From: an uncultured Candidatus Saccharimonas sp.
GTDB lineage: Bacteria > Patescibacteriota > Saccharimonadia > Saccharimonadales > Saccharimonadaceae
Length of the DNA stretch: 64,000 nt
NCBI GenBank assembly: GCA_963532115.1
Contig: CAUSJG010000002.1
Coordinates: 12,550-76,549, forward strand
Direction of reading: 5' to 3'
The notes beneath the pieces were generated by a model. It did no database searches. It was not told where the DNA came from and saw only the letters and a list, made by a program, of their open reading frames with translations. The translations under genes and the position numbers were made by a program. Positions 55,444-64,000 of this stretch are shown piece by piece. Each line of letters begins with the position of its first letter. Positions within the stretch are counted from its first letter, which is position 1.

Positions 55444-55881
55444 TTAGGATTTTTTCACTCGAGTGAACATTCCATTAATTGAAAGTGTTGCAGAATATGT
55501 GTTAAATCCGTCGACAGTTCGTTCACCAACAGCGAATTTTGTTAGAGAAGCATCGAATTTGTAAACTGCACCGCCATCTTCTGTTGTGCGAATTTCGAAT
55601 TTTCGAACTTCACCAGCTTCAAACAACGTCATTACTTTCTCGACATCAGCATAATCTTCAATATTTCCTTCAATATCGAGATCGCCAACTTCAACCGCTC
55701 CTGGGATATAGCGTTTTCCAGAAATATCAGCAAGTGTTGAAACATCGATTTTTTCGCGTTCAGCGCTAAGCTCACCGATACTTGTCAAACCACCAAAATT
55801 AATGTCTACTGTAGCACCAGCTTTTGCCATAACAACAAGCTCTGCACCAATTGAACGAGTGGCATTTTTCCTATCAGCCAT
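55444..55881 (-). CDS. major tail protein
   Basis: 145 aa, directly upstream of the chaperone pair. The sequence resembles small siphovirus major tail proteins. Confidence 0.7.
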   Translation of the reverse strand: MADRKNATRSIGAELVVMAKAGATVDINFGGLTSIGELSAEREKIDVSTLADISGKRYIPGAVEVGDLDIEGNIEDYADVEKVMTLFEAGEVRKFEIRTTEDGGAVYKFDASLTKFAVGERTVDGFNTYSATLSINGMFTRVKKS

Positions 55882-55890
55882 ATAATCTCC

Positions 55891-56226
55891 TTATTTTTTA
55901 CTATTAAATCTGTTATTTATATGAAAAATACTTGAGTCTGGATTTGGAACATCACTTGAGAATTCAAGATAGTAACCAATCTCACGCATTTTCTTTTCAA
56001 TCTCTGAAAGAAGTTTTGAGGCTTCCTTCGAGCTACTCGCCCAAATATCAACCGTTGCGATTATTTCTTGAGCAGAAATTTCACCTTTCAGTCCATATTG
56101 TGGCGAGTTATCATCAATTCGAAAAGTTAAGGCTGGAAGTTTCTTGAAAATATTTTGTCCACTCAATGAAACAGCAACGCCAGTTTCTTTAAGCTTTTCG
56201 AAAATTTCTTGTTTTGGTAGAAACAT
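55891..56226 (-). CDS. tail completion / neck protein
   Basis: 111 aa; call rests on position between the gp10-like and major tail genes. Confidence 0.45.
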   Translation of the reverse strand: MFLPKQEIFEKLKETGVAVSLSGQNIFKKLPALTFRIDDNSPQYGLKGEISAQEIIATVDIWASSSKEASKLLSEIEKKMREIGYYLEFSSDVPNPDSSIFHINNRFNSKK

Positions 56227-56636
56227 TATTTCACTGCCTTCCTAACTTCTTCTCTGATTATTTTGATTGAATTGTTTCGGTTTTCCCTTAATGCTGGCCA
56301 TAGAAACGGCTGAGCCTTATTTCCACGCCAGTCTGACCGATAGCTAACTTCAACTTCTGTATTAGTGTTTGTGGACTGTCCTCTTGATCCAGTCCCAAAC
56401 TCAACATAAGGCGCATATTCGAGATTAGTAGAAACCGTAGCGGTCACATTTTCTCCTTGAATTTTAGCCTTATCAGCTCTAATCGACTGCCGAAGTGCTC
56501 CACTATCAACGGGTGCTTTGTTTTTAGCTGAACCTTGAACCAGCATTGCTGCTTTCGAAACTCCAGCAGCTAAAGCATTGTCGATAGAATTGAGGTTTCT
56601 GCTATTAATTATTGAAGTTGAAACCGAAACCCTCAT
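56226..56636 (-). CDS. HK97 gp10-family head-tail protein
   Basis: 136 aa; NLEYAPYVEFGTGSRG and AQPFLWPAL motifs. Confidence 0.65.
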   Translation of the reverse strand: MRVSVSTSIINSRNLNSIDNALAAGVSKAAMLVQGSAKNKAPVDSGALRQSIRADKAKIQGENVTATVSTNLEYAPYVEFGTGSRGQSTNTNTEVEVSYRSDWRGNKAQPFLWPALRENRNNSIKIIREEVRKAVK

Positions 56637-56968
56637 AGGATTTTTCCTAAAATCAAGGTGTGTGAATCGAATCGTTTAACTTCAACTGTTTCAAAATCTC
56701 GCCCATCAATTCGCATTTTATCGCCAATTTCAATTTTTACAGAGGTTTCAGCTGTGATTGCAACACTGGCGTTTAATTTAGCACCTAACTCCTCAAAAAC
56801 CTTACCAAGCTCCGAATAATTCACATTCGCCTTGAATTCGCTTTTTTTCGAGGTAGATTCAACCAATCCGCCTTCTTCGTCAAAATCCTTACGAACTTCG
56901 AAAACCTCAACTGTTTTGTCGTAAAATGTGCTTTTGATCGCCTTTTTAGCGCTATCTGGAAACAACAT
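56633..56968 (-). CDS. head closure / head-tail adaptor protein
   Basis: 111 aa; call rests on position and size. Confidence 0.45.
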   Translation of the reverse strand: MLFPDSAKKAIKSTFYDKTVEVFEVRKDFDEEGGLVESTSKKSEFKANVNYSELGKVFEELGAKLNASVAITAETSVKIEIGDKMRIDGRDFETVEVKRFDSHTLILGKIL

Positions 56969-57335
56969 TTAGCCTCCGATACGGCTTTAGAATCTCAACA
57001 TAGCCGTCGAAAATTTCACTATCTTTAGCCGTTGCAAAATAGCTTTGCGCAGCATTCTGATAACTGATACTCTGACCATTGTCGCTCAGGCTTGAGATTG
57101 CTCGTTCGGCGGTTCGATTCGCAGCACTTTCGAATTTAATAAAATTACCACAGGTCATATTCGCGAGAATCCTAACTAATCGACGATCGAAATTAGCTTT
57201 CTCCGGAAGATTTAAATATAACGAGACACGGTCACAAATTTCGCCGACGGCAAACTTTAATAACTTTTCATCTTCAAAATTAGCAATTTCTTTTGCTTTA
57301 GCTATAACTTCTACTTCGAATTCTTCCTGTGGCAT
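56952..57335 (-). CDS. head-tail connector (gp6-like)
   Basis: Trimmed to ATG 57335 (GAGGA RBS); call rests on position after the capsid gene. Confidence 0.45.
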   Translation of the reverse strand: MPQEEFEVEVIAKAKEIANFEDEKLLKFAVGEICDRVSLYLNLPEKANFDRRLVRILANMTCGNFIKFESAANRTAERAISSLSDNGQSISYQNAAQSYFATAKDSEIFDGYVEILKPYRRLNVVSR

Positions 57336-57339
57336 TTTA

Positions 57340-57537
57340 TTATTCCTCAACTTTTTCGGTCTTTTTAGGCTTTTCTACTACCTCAAGAGGTTTTCCGCTT
57401 TCATCGCATGGCGTGTAATCCTCTGGGCGAGCCTGATATTGTTCAACTATGCCTGATGCCTCTTCGCCAGAACCAACTTTTACTGATTCTGGCACTCCAA
57501 CGACAAGACCTGTTGAATTAACGAGAAAATATTTCAT
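57340..57537 (-). CDS. small head-associated protein
   Basis: 65 aa; AAAGGAGGA RBS. Confidence 0.5.
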   Translation of the reverse strand: MKYFLVNSTGLVVGVPESVKVGSGEEASGIVEQYQARPEDYTPCDESGKPLEVVEKPKKTEKVEE

Positions 57538-57560
57538 TTTTCCTCCTTTTTAGGTTAATA

Positions 57561-58394
57561 TTAAGCTAAATCAGCATAAAACACGAGATCTGGCTCAACA
57601 GCTTTTGTTCCTTGAGTAAAGAAGAGTGAAGCTTCAACCGAGTTTGAAAATGGCACTTTTTGTGGATCAAAATCAAACACGTTCACATCTTGAGCGATTG
57701 CTCCTTCATGCATTGCAATGATTGCTTTTGTTTGGCGGTGATTTGAGAAAATTCGAACCTGACCGTTAAACAAAACATCAACTTCACCAGTAATCTCGTT
57801 TTTAACCTTGTTTAGGTAGTTTGCGAGTTTACCGTAAATTGCTGGTGTCACTGTCAAAACAATTTGGCTTCGATCTACGCCATCAACCCAGTCATTCTTG
57901 ACAGTTTCAACTGTTTGAATAACTTTTTCGAGCACTTCCTCGATTGGTGTTGCTGAAGTTAAGCTCTGAATCTCTGTTCCTGATTTAACAGCTTCAGCAA
58001 AGAATGCTGTATCAAGATAGCGAGCGAGTGAACTTGCTTGTGAGTTCTTTCGGCGTGTGATAAGGTCAGCAATACCAAACTGTTTAATATCAGTATTGTC
58101 ATATTCCTCAACGATTTCTTGGCGGTCATCAATATTATTGATAACACGTCCAGTATTGCGAACTGGCTCACCTTTGCTATCTTTACGTGCTGAGCCGTAT
58201 TCTTTCGAAACAGCGTTTTTCAAGCGGTCGTAAGTTACTGATCCAGCGCTTGGGTTTCCAATTCCAAAAGTATTTTTAATTTTAGTTGAAACTGTTCCTT
58301 TTATAACAGCTTCGATGATTTGGCCTTTAATTTCAGCCAATTTTGCCTTTGTTTCGGCATTGTCAGAATAGATATTACGTGCATCTACTGCCAT
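57561..58394 (-). CDS. major capsid protein
   Basis: 277 aa, directly after the scaffold gene. Confidence 0.65.
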   Translation of the reverse strand: MAVDARNIYSDNAETKAKLAEIKGQIIEAVIKGTVSTKIKNTFGIGNPSAGSVTYDRLKNAVSKEYGSARKDSKGEPVRNTGRVINNIDDRQEIVEEYDNTDIKQFGIADLITRRKNSQASSLARYLDTAFFAEAVKSGTEIQSLTSATPIEEVLEKVIQTVETVKNDWVDGVDRSQIVLTVTPAIYGKLANYLNKVKNEITGEVDVLFNGQVRIFSNHRQTKAIIAMHEGAIAQDVNVFDFDPQKVPFSNSVEASLFFTQGTKAVEPDLVFYADLA

Positions 58395-58421
58395 AAGATC
58401 CCTTTCTTTTCTTGAGTCTGA

Positions 58422-58961
58422 TTAGAACGAACTTACACCATTACTTTGTGAGTAATTTGATGTCGCTCCTTGTGAATTATTTCCACCAACATCTTCGGGA
58501 GTTTTTCCAGCAAGTTTAGCTTTCACGCCTTTTTCAAGAGCGGAATTCCAAACTTTCGAAAGTCCTTCGATGTTCGAATTCATTTTTTCTGCGTCGACAT
58601 CGACAACATAATTCACAAATTCTGATGGAATTTCTTTCGCAGCAAGTTTTTCAGCGGCTTCAGTCCTGCGTTCTCGCATTGTGATTTTTCTTTCGCGTTC
58701 TTCGAGCTCACTGATTTTCGCCTTTTGAGCTTCCGCAGCACGCTCTTCATCGCTAAGCTTTGCCTTTCGTTCCCATTCTTTCTGGGCTTCGGCAAGTCGC
58801 TTTTCGAATTTAGCCTCATCTTTAGCACTTTTTTCGTTCAAGCGCTTCGACATGATTTCATTCACTTCATCTTGCGTGAAAGTTTTCGGTTCATCACCCT
58901 GTTGATTCTGGTTCATACCGTTTTCGCCAGCAGGTTTTGTTGAATCAGGATTGTTTTCCAT
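58422..58961 (-). CDS. capsid scaffolding protein
   Basis: 179 aa, highly charged and helical (FTQDEVNEIMSKRLNEKSAKDEAKFEKRLAEAQKEWERK...), located upstream of the capsid gene. Confidence 0.65.
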   Translation of the reverse strand: MENNPDSTKPAGENGMNQNQQGDEPKTFTQDEVNEIMSKRLNEKSAKDEAKFEKRLAEAQKEWERKAKLSDEERAAEAQKAKISELEERERKITMRERRTEAAEKLAAKEIPSEFVNYVVDVDAEKMNSNIEGLSKVWNSALEKGVKAKLAGKTPEDVGGNNSQGATSNYSQSNGVSSF

Positions 58962-59045
58962 ATTCTCCTTTCGATTTTACGCTTCTCAGCTTGATATTCC
59001 GCCCCAAGCGCGACTTTTTGGCTTGGGCTTGCTGTGTTTTTCGCA

Positions 59046-59128
59046 AAAAGAAAAACGACTCTCAGCTTTATGCTAAAAGTCGCAAATGGTTCTGATAATA
59101 TTATAGCATAATGTTTATTCTTATGCAA
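59046..59128 (-). promoter_or_regulatory. late cassette A: promoter + conserved box + intrinsic terminator
   Basis: Minus strand TTGCAT-17 nt-TGCTATAAT, then 6 nt, then AGAACCATTTGCGA. An 11-bp hairpin CGACUUUUAGC-AUAAA-GCUGAGAGUCG (two G:U pairs) follows, then UUUUUCUUUUU. Confidence 0.6.
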
Positions 59129-59133
59129 TATTT

Positions 59134-59421
59134 TTAATAACGGACATTGTTCTCAAGATTTTCTCGCTCTTCGATCATTCGTTTTTGAATATATTCTGGA
59201 GCGTTATAGAAAAATGGCTTGCCGTTATCGATTGATTTCCGAGCAGCTTCAACGCAATCTTTGATGTGTTGCTCATCTCCACCAATCACTAGAAAAGCAG
59301 GCTCTCCGAAATCGTCAAATATTTTAAATTTTCGCGCATATTCATCTAAAACTTCATCGCTATACCACAAACCGTAAACTCCAACCGTGTCTTCGTGAGT
59401 GAATTCATATTTTGTTTTCAT
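59134..59421 (-). CDS. small protein translationally coupled to the MuF gene (candidate immunity/inhibitor)
   Basis: 95 aa; the ATG overlaps the MuF stop (TAATG). Acidic, with no TM helix. Confidence 0.6.
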   Translation of the reverse strand: MKTKYEFTHEDTVGVYGLWYSDEVLDEYARKFKIFDDFGEPAFLVIGGDEQHIKDCVEAARKSIDNGKPFFYNAPEYIQKRMIEERENLENNVRY

Positions 59422-61817
59422 TATAGTTTTGAAATCCTTTCTAATAATTCGTTAAACATATTAAAGCTTTCCGGCAAATATTTTTCATAAAGCTCGATTT
59501 CCTTTTTATCGTCTCGAGCAGTTGCTGAAAACATTTCGGCAAAAGCTTCTGAACCGAGAAAACGCTTTTTATGATTTTCAATTTGCTCCTTACTTAATTT
59601 TACACCTCTTATCGTTTTTCTGCCATCCCAATATTTCTGTTCGTGACCCATTCCGAAGACTCTTAACCCGTTATTAAACGCAGCACCACCATATAAATCA
59701 AAAATACTTGCTAAATCATTTTTTGAATAACCATTTTCAAGTTCGTTTTTAAGTTCAACAGACAAATTGTGTCGTCTATAGGCCAAATTTCTTCCTTCTT
59801 TAGTTTTTAGATACCTATTTGCTTCATCAAAAACAGTTTCACCAAGAGTTTTACCATTAGAAAGTTCAAACTTACCAGTAGCTCCATAAAATGAACCACG
59901 CCCTGCTCGATGATCAAAACCGTGACCATATTCATGCAGAAAAACCTCAAATGGTTTTCTTATATCTTTTCGATTTCCAGTTGAACCATCGAATATACCA
60001 GCTATACGAACACTTACCTTATTTCCAAGCACGCTAAAGTTATCATTCCCAAGCGGTGAATCTTTAAAAGATAGTTCGCTCGAAAATTTAGCCCAAATAG
60101 AACGATGAGTTTCCGGCATTGCGTTTAGTTTTCTGACGACTTTTTCTCTAGTATCATCAGTTTTCAATGCTTCATTGAGCGAATTTTCAAGTTTTAAGCT
60201 CTTAATATCAGAATTATTAACTTTTTTAGTTGGTGGTTTTTTAATTTTAACTTCAATCTTATCATCAGCCGGTGAAATACTCGGCGTTGAAGCTGGCTCA
60301 GCTTTCGATATTCCGCTAACTTTTGCCCATTTTTCATAGCTCATATTTGGTGTCTCGTAATTCTCGCCCGTTTTTGGGTTTCTGGCAATTCGAGTTTCTG
60401 GATCGAATTCTTCACCAAAATATGCGGCTGTTGTTGTTCGGCAAAGTGGGTGAAATGGTGGAAAGTTTACACCTTGTTTGGCTTCACTGATTTTAAAAAC
60501 TTTATGGTCTTTATGTTGGCAGATATCGCTAGTGCGGCCGTCCAGTGTTGCAATAATACGGTATTTTTCAACTCCTAATTCTTGGTAGGCTCGCAATTCT
60601 GCTGAGTTATGGTAAAAAGCAGATTCAGTGCGAACAAGCCGTTCAGCATAAAACCGCCCAACATCAAAACGTTCACGAACTTCACGGATCGTTTTTTCAG
60701 GACTTTGCCCAATTGCTACGGCTGTAGCTATTTTCGAATTGACTTGTTCAGCCAAAATGTCGGTATTCGCCCAGATACGGTTCGAAAAATGCTTTCCTTC
60801 AATTTTATAGTTCAAAATTTCCTGCACGGTTCGTGAGTCTAATTTTGAAAAGGTTAAAAGTGAACCAAACTGTTTTTCGGTATCAAAGATTGCTTGATTA
60901 TACGAATTATTAATTGTGTTTATAACCGAATTAGCCGTGAGATTATTCTGCTCAATTCCAGCCTTTTTTAGTTCTGCCCAAATCTGGTTATTGAGCATTT
61001 CTAATCTTGTCATTCTGAAATCGTAATTCTCCGGCAAATATTGATTCAAACCGAGTCGTTCCATTTCAGCTTTAAACCTTGCTATATTTCCGCTTGGCTC
61101 AATCCCTTGTAGTGCGAATTTGTCGAAAGTTTTATCGTTGCGGTAATAATTAGCATATAACTTCTTAATTTCACGAATTGTTCGAATTTCAGCATCAGTG
61201 TAAGCATTTTTTATCCGACGAATATAGCTCAAAGATTGTTGTTCTTGGTTTTCGAAACGGGCGGCGGCACGGTTTTGCCAATAATTTATCGTGTTAGTCT
61301 TGATTTTTTCTTTGTTTTGTGGTAATATTAAATCATAAAGAACACTGTCGTGTCTTGCATAAGAGGCGGCGGTGTTCTTTTCTTGTATAGAAATAAAGTT
61401 TTTAATACCGAACTGAGATACTCTTTTCTTAATTTCATCCCTGAGAAATATAGTTTTCTCCTCAGAATCTGAAACAATTTCATAAATAACCGAGTGTGTT
61501 CCTTGCTGGAGCGCTTTTTTTGTCTGATTTTCTACTGAACGAGCACTTGAAACCTGCTTAATCTCTACTTTTTGACCATTTACGATTAAGTCTGGCATCT
61601 TTACACCATCTGGCTTTTCTACTCGGCGGACGGCGTAAATTTGAGCATTATCCCCTAATTCTCCGCGGATAAACTCTACGATAGAGCTCTCCTTATCACT
61701 CAATGGATAATTCTTCTCAAACTCCCAACTATCATCAAAATTATCAAAAAAAGCCCGATACCCCGAGCTTGTTAACTCGGGGATCATTGGATCTTCTGTT
61801 TTTTTATTCTTTGGCAT
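59421..61817 (-). CDS. MuF/SPP1 gp7-family minor head protein with N-terminal PD-(D/E)xK-like module and C-terminal HExxH zincin-like domain
   Basis: 798 aa. PDLIVNGQKVEIK (aa 75-87); MuF core RTESAFYHN...ATLDGRTSDICQHKDHKVF...FPPFHPLCRTT (aa ~390-462); LHEYGHGFDH (aa 627-636); SEAFAEMF (aa 756-763). Confidence 0.8.
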   Translation of the reverse strand: MPKNKKTEDPMIPELTSSGYRAFFDNFDDSWEFEKNYPLSDKESSIVEFIRGELGDNAQIYAVRRVEKPDGVKMPDLIVNGQKVEIKQVSSARSVENQTKKALQQGTHSVIYEIVSDSEEKTIFLRDEIKKRVSQFGIKNFISIQEKNTAASYARHDSVLYDLILPQNKEKIKTNTINYWQNRAAARFENQEQQSLSYIRRIKNAYTDAEIRTIREIKKLYANYYRNDKTFDKFALQGIEPSGNIARFKAEMERLGLNQYLPENYDFRMTRLEMLNNQIWAELKKAGIEQNNLTANSVINTINNSYNQAIFDTEKQFGSLLTFSKLDSRTVQEILNYKIEGKHFSNRIWANTDILAEQVNSKIATAVAIGQSPEKTIREVRERFDVGRFYAERLVRTESAFYHNSAELRAYQELGVEKYRIIATLDGRTSDICQHKDHKVFKISEAKQGVNFPPFHPLCRTTTAAYFGEEFDPETRIARNPKTGENYETPNMSYEKWAKVSGISKAEPASTPSISPADDKIEVKIKKPPTKKVNNSDIKSLKLENSLNEALKTDDTREKVVRKLNAMPETHRSIWAKFSSELSFKDSPLGNDNFSVLGNKVSVRIAGIFDGSTGNRKDIRKPFEVFLHEYGHGFDHRAGRGSFYGATGKFELSNGKTLGETVFDEANRYLKTKEGRNLAYRRHNLSVELKNELENGYSKNDLASIFDLYGGAAFNNGLRVFGMGHEQKYWDGRKTIRGVKLSKEQIENHKKRFLGSEAFAEMFSATARDDKKEIELYEKYLPESFNMFNELLERISKL

Positions 61818-63171
61818 CGTTCATCTCATTCTGATCTGTAATCTCAGCATTATTCATTGTGTTGTCTGCTTCGTTTTTCTCACTCAGTGCAAGATCTACT
61901 GTCTCTTTGGCATCTCGCACAAATGAAAGCTGACTGACAAGCGTTTCACGATCTACGAGTCCGTTGAGGTTGTTGATAATCTGGCTGGTTTCAAGATCGT
62001 TTTGTGGTAGGGCTCGTTTGAAGACTACATCAATATCTTCGGTTGAAATTTTATCCATCTTTGAACCTTTTACAAGGAAGGAATTATAAATTCGGAATCG
62101 TTCAAGCAGACTCCGTTCGAAATATCGCTCTTTATCTTTGATATGTTGTTCGAAGTCAAGGAGCTTGTAAAGAATCGCTACACCGCTCGAATTGCCGGCG
62201 AAGTTTTCGTCGCTCATATCTGGTGTCATCGAGATTTTATGAATATCAGCTGCAATAGTTTTTCGAAGAACGTCAGCATCAGCTTCATCAATAGATTTCA
62301 CTATATATTCAATTTTGGCGTCTTGTGGAATGTTTGCGACCATTCGGCTGTCTTTGAGCATTGCTTGCTGTTCTGGGGTGAAATCTGTGCCATAAAATGC
62401 GAGTAACGCATCTACCAAACGTTCACGGTCGATTATGCGATCAGATTGAAGAATATTATAAGCATCAATTAACGGCAATACTGGCTCTGAATCTCCCATT
62501 CGGTCTGAACCGTTTAAATATTCGACAATCGGCACTTCACCAAATCTATGCTCGGTTCTAATATCTTCACTCGTTTCTGGGTCGCTTTCGAAAATAAGCG
62601 TTCCGCCTTTCAAAGTTCCTTCTTGTGTGTATTCTGGCGTTAAGATTGTAATTTGGTATGAATCTCTTTCGATTTTTCCGTGCGCATTGATAATTTCTTC
62701 ATAAACTATAGCGAACATCTTTTTATGTTCAACTGTCGTATCGTGAACTAAAATTATATTTCGTGGGTCAATTTTCACACTTCGAACTTCCGACTCTTCG
62801 TTAGCGTAAATTCGCTCATAAGCAACGCCATAAATGCTGGCGTGCGTTGCGAGTTCGACATCAAGATTTGAAATCGCTTGTTTACGGTATGAGTTATTCA
62901 AGTTCTCAATATTTATATCTTCGCTCGAAAGATAATTAACCGGTGATCCAAGCAAATAGCCAACATTAATTTTAGTAATATATCGTGCAAAATTAGTGAT
63001 TGCGAGAAGTTTATTCGGCGTTTCACGTAATGTTACAGGTTTATTTGCGTAATAATCAGCAAGAATCTTAAATTTAGCTCGATCTTGCTTGCGTTTGTCG
63101 CTTTCGATTAGATTTTTTATCAATTTTCCTGTTATTTCTATATTTTTTGGTAAGCAATAAAATTTTTCCAT
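61804..63171 (-). CDS. portal protein (SPP1 gp6-like)
   Basis: Trimmed to ATG 63171 (AAGGAGGA RBS). 455 aa, between terminase and MuF. Confidence 0.75.
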   Translation of the reverse strand: MEKFYCLPKNIEITGKLIKNLIESDKRKQDRAKFKILADYYANKPVTLRETPNKLLAITNFARYITKINVGYLLGSPVNYLSSEDINIENLNNSYRKQAISNLDVELATHASIYGVAYERIYANEESEVRSVKIDPRNIILVHDTTVEHKKMFAIVYEEIINAHGKIERDSYQITILTPEYTQEGTLKGGTLIFESDPETSEDIRTEHRFGEVPIVEYLNGSDRMGDSEPVLPLIDAYNILQSDRIIDRERLVDALLAFYGTDFTPEQQAMLKDSRMVANIPQDAKIEYIVKSIDEADADVLRKTIAADIHKISMTPDMSDENFAGNSSGVAILYKLLDFEQHIKDKERYFERSLLERFRIYNSFLVKGSKMDKISTEDIDVVFKRALPQNDLETSQIINNLNGLVDRETLVSQLSFVRDAKETVDLALSEKNEADNTMNNAEITDQNEMNDAKE

Positions 63172-63188
63172 ATTTCCTCCTTTTACTC

Positions 63189-64000
63189 TTAGAAAATTAG
63201 TGAGTTTGTGCCTGTTGAGCCTCGATTTGAATTTGTAATAATGATCGGCTCGGCTCGCGCGGTGCATTGCTCGAAGATTCCGGCCAAAATATCACACATG
63301 TCATCGTGGGCGTTTTTGCCTTTGCGTTGATATCTCAGAACTTCATTAGCAGCTTCTGGCCATTTTTTCTGCCAATTCGGTGGCATAAATAGATGATTCT
63401 GTAGCCATGCGCTCGATGATAGAATGCGACTTTCCTTGTTTTTGGTTTGCGTAGGTGTTTTAATAACTACTTTCGAATTTCCATTTTCTTCAAGAATCCT
63501 TTTCACGTTGCGTGCAAAACCGCGACCGCCGTTGTTGCTTTCAATCCTAGCAACGCTCACATCGCCGGAGTCCAACATTTCAGCAACGGCCTTTTCAGTA
63601 AATTCCATCGGCTTGTCGGTATAAGTTATGTCAGTTATATAAACATCTTGACCATTCTTAATGTAATTCGCGCTAGCAAGGAAGTCAGCACCTTTGTCGG
63701 CCGTGTCGGTGATATTTTCAACAATTCCCTCAGGCAGTTCATCCCACTCCATAAACGGCTTAAATAATCGCCCAGCGACATCGATTGGTTTTTGATTATA
63801 ATTCGCCTCCACAATATCCATATTCATCGCTCGAGTCTTTTTCTTAAAAGTTTCGTAGTTCAGAATATCATCGCACAGCATTTTCGGTTTACCTTTTGGA
63901 GTTTTTGTCACAGCACGATATTCAATTACCCGTGGCTTAAACTCTTCGATAAATCGTCCAGCAAGGTCACCAGTTGCCCAGCGTGTCATCACAAGGATTA
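63189..64000 (-). CDS. terL: terminase large subunit, C-terminal part (gene continues beyond window end)
   Basis: The frame is open to the window edge. TRWATGDLAGR linker motif and an RNase-H-like nuclease domain (DTADKGADF..., HDDMCDILAG). Confidence 0.8.
   Translation of the reverse strand, partial: ILVMTRWATGDLAGRFIEEFKPRVIEYRAVTKTPKGKPKMLCDDILNYETFKKKTRAMNMDIVEANYNQKPIDVAGRLFKPFMEWDELPEGIVENITDTADKGADFLASANYIKNGQDVYITDITYTDKPMEFTEKAVAEMLDSGDVSVARIESNNGGRGFARNVKRILEENGNSKVVIKTPTQTKNKESRILSSSAWLQNHLFMPPNWQKKWPEAANEVLRYQRKGKNAHDDMCDILAGIFEQCTARAEPIIITNSNRGSTGTNSLIF

Larger units (their letters stand above)
35106..64000. mobile_element. siphovirus-type prophage (left arm; continues beyond the right edge)
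   Basis: Contiguous phage modules. Early/recombination genes on the plus strand (35106-43647) converge on the minus-strand lysis, tail, head and packaging genes (43816-64000). Host genes end at 34830. Confidence 0.9.

Overview
This is a low-GC bacterial chromosome segment in two parts. (1) 1-34.8 kb holds tightly packed, mostly minus-strand housekeeping genes: gatC/gatA, uvrB, a LOG-like/PfkB/rpe/rpiB/gap operon, rel, ppa, PIN-TRAM, radA, rnhB fused to a YraN module, rplJ-rplL, rplS, pilB, a TrmH-like gene, Nudix, murF, gltX, tRNA-Leu(CAA) and tRNA-Gly(GCC). It also carries surface genes: two type IV pilins, an LtaS-like protein, a sortase and a secreted DUF1524-type nuclease. Gene content and compactness fit a reduced-genome monoderm such as a Patescibacteria/Saccharibacteria-like organism, but taxonomy cannot be settled without a database search. 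(2) 35.1-64.0 kb is one arm of a siphovirus-type prophage that runs off the right edge. Plus-strand early genes (RecT, a PD-(D/E)xK nuclease fused to an FtsK/SpoIIIE motor, VRR-NUC, HAD phosphatase, many small ORFs) converge at about 43.7 kb on a minus-strand late operon. That operon runs TerL, portal, MuF/gp7, scaffold, capsid, connectors, major tail, frameshifted chaperone, tape measure, tail tip/fibre, XhlA-like protein and a multidomain endolysin. The most noteworthy observations are: (a) a tripartite MuF protein (REase-like N-terminus, MuF core, HExxH zincin C-terminus) with a translationally coupled small ORF, resembling a phage polymorphic toxin/immunity pair; (b) two copies of a promoter / conserved 14-nt box / intrinsic-terminator cassette inside the late operon, suggesting antitermination control; (c) the nuclease-FtsK fusion next to RecT; (d) an endolysin whose C-terminus is an in-frame nested holin-like ORF with its own RBS; (e) several structured non-coding elements, including one with a 16S-like anti-SD loop; (f) roughly 10-fold over-representation of the palindrome TTCGAA across host and phage; (g) recurrent leaderless-type promoters. 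No CRISPR array, rRNA, integrase or transposase was seen.
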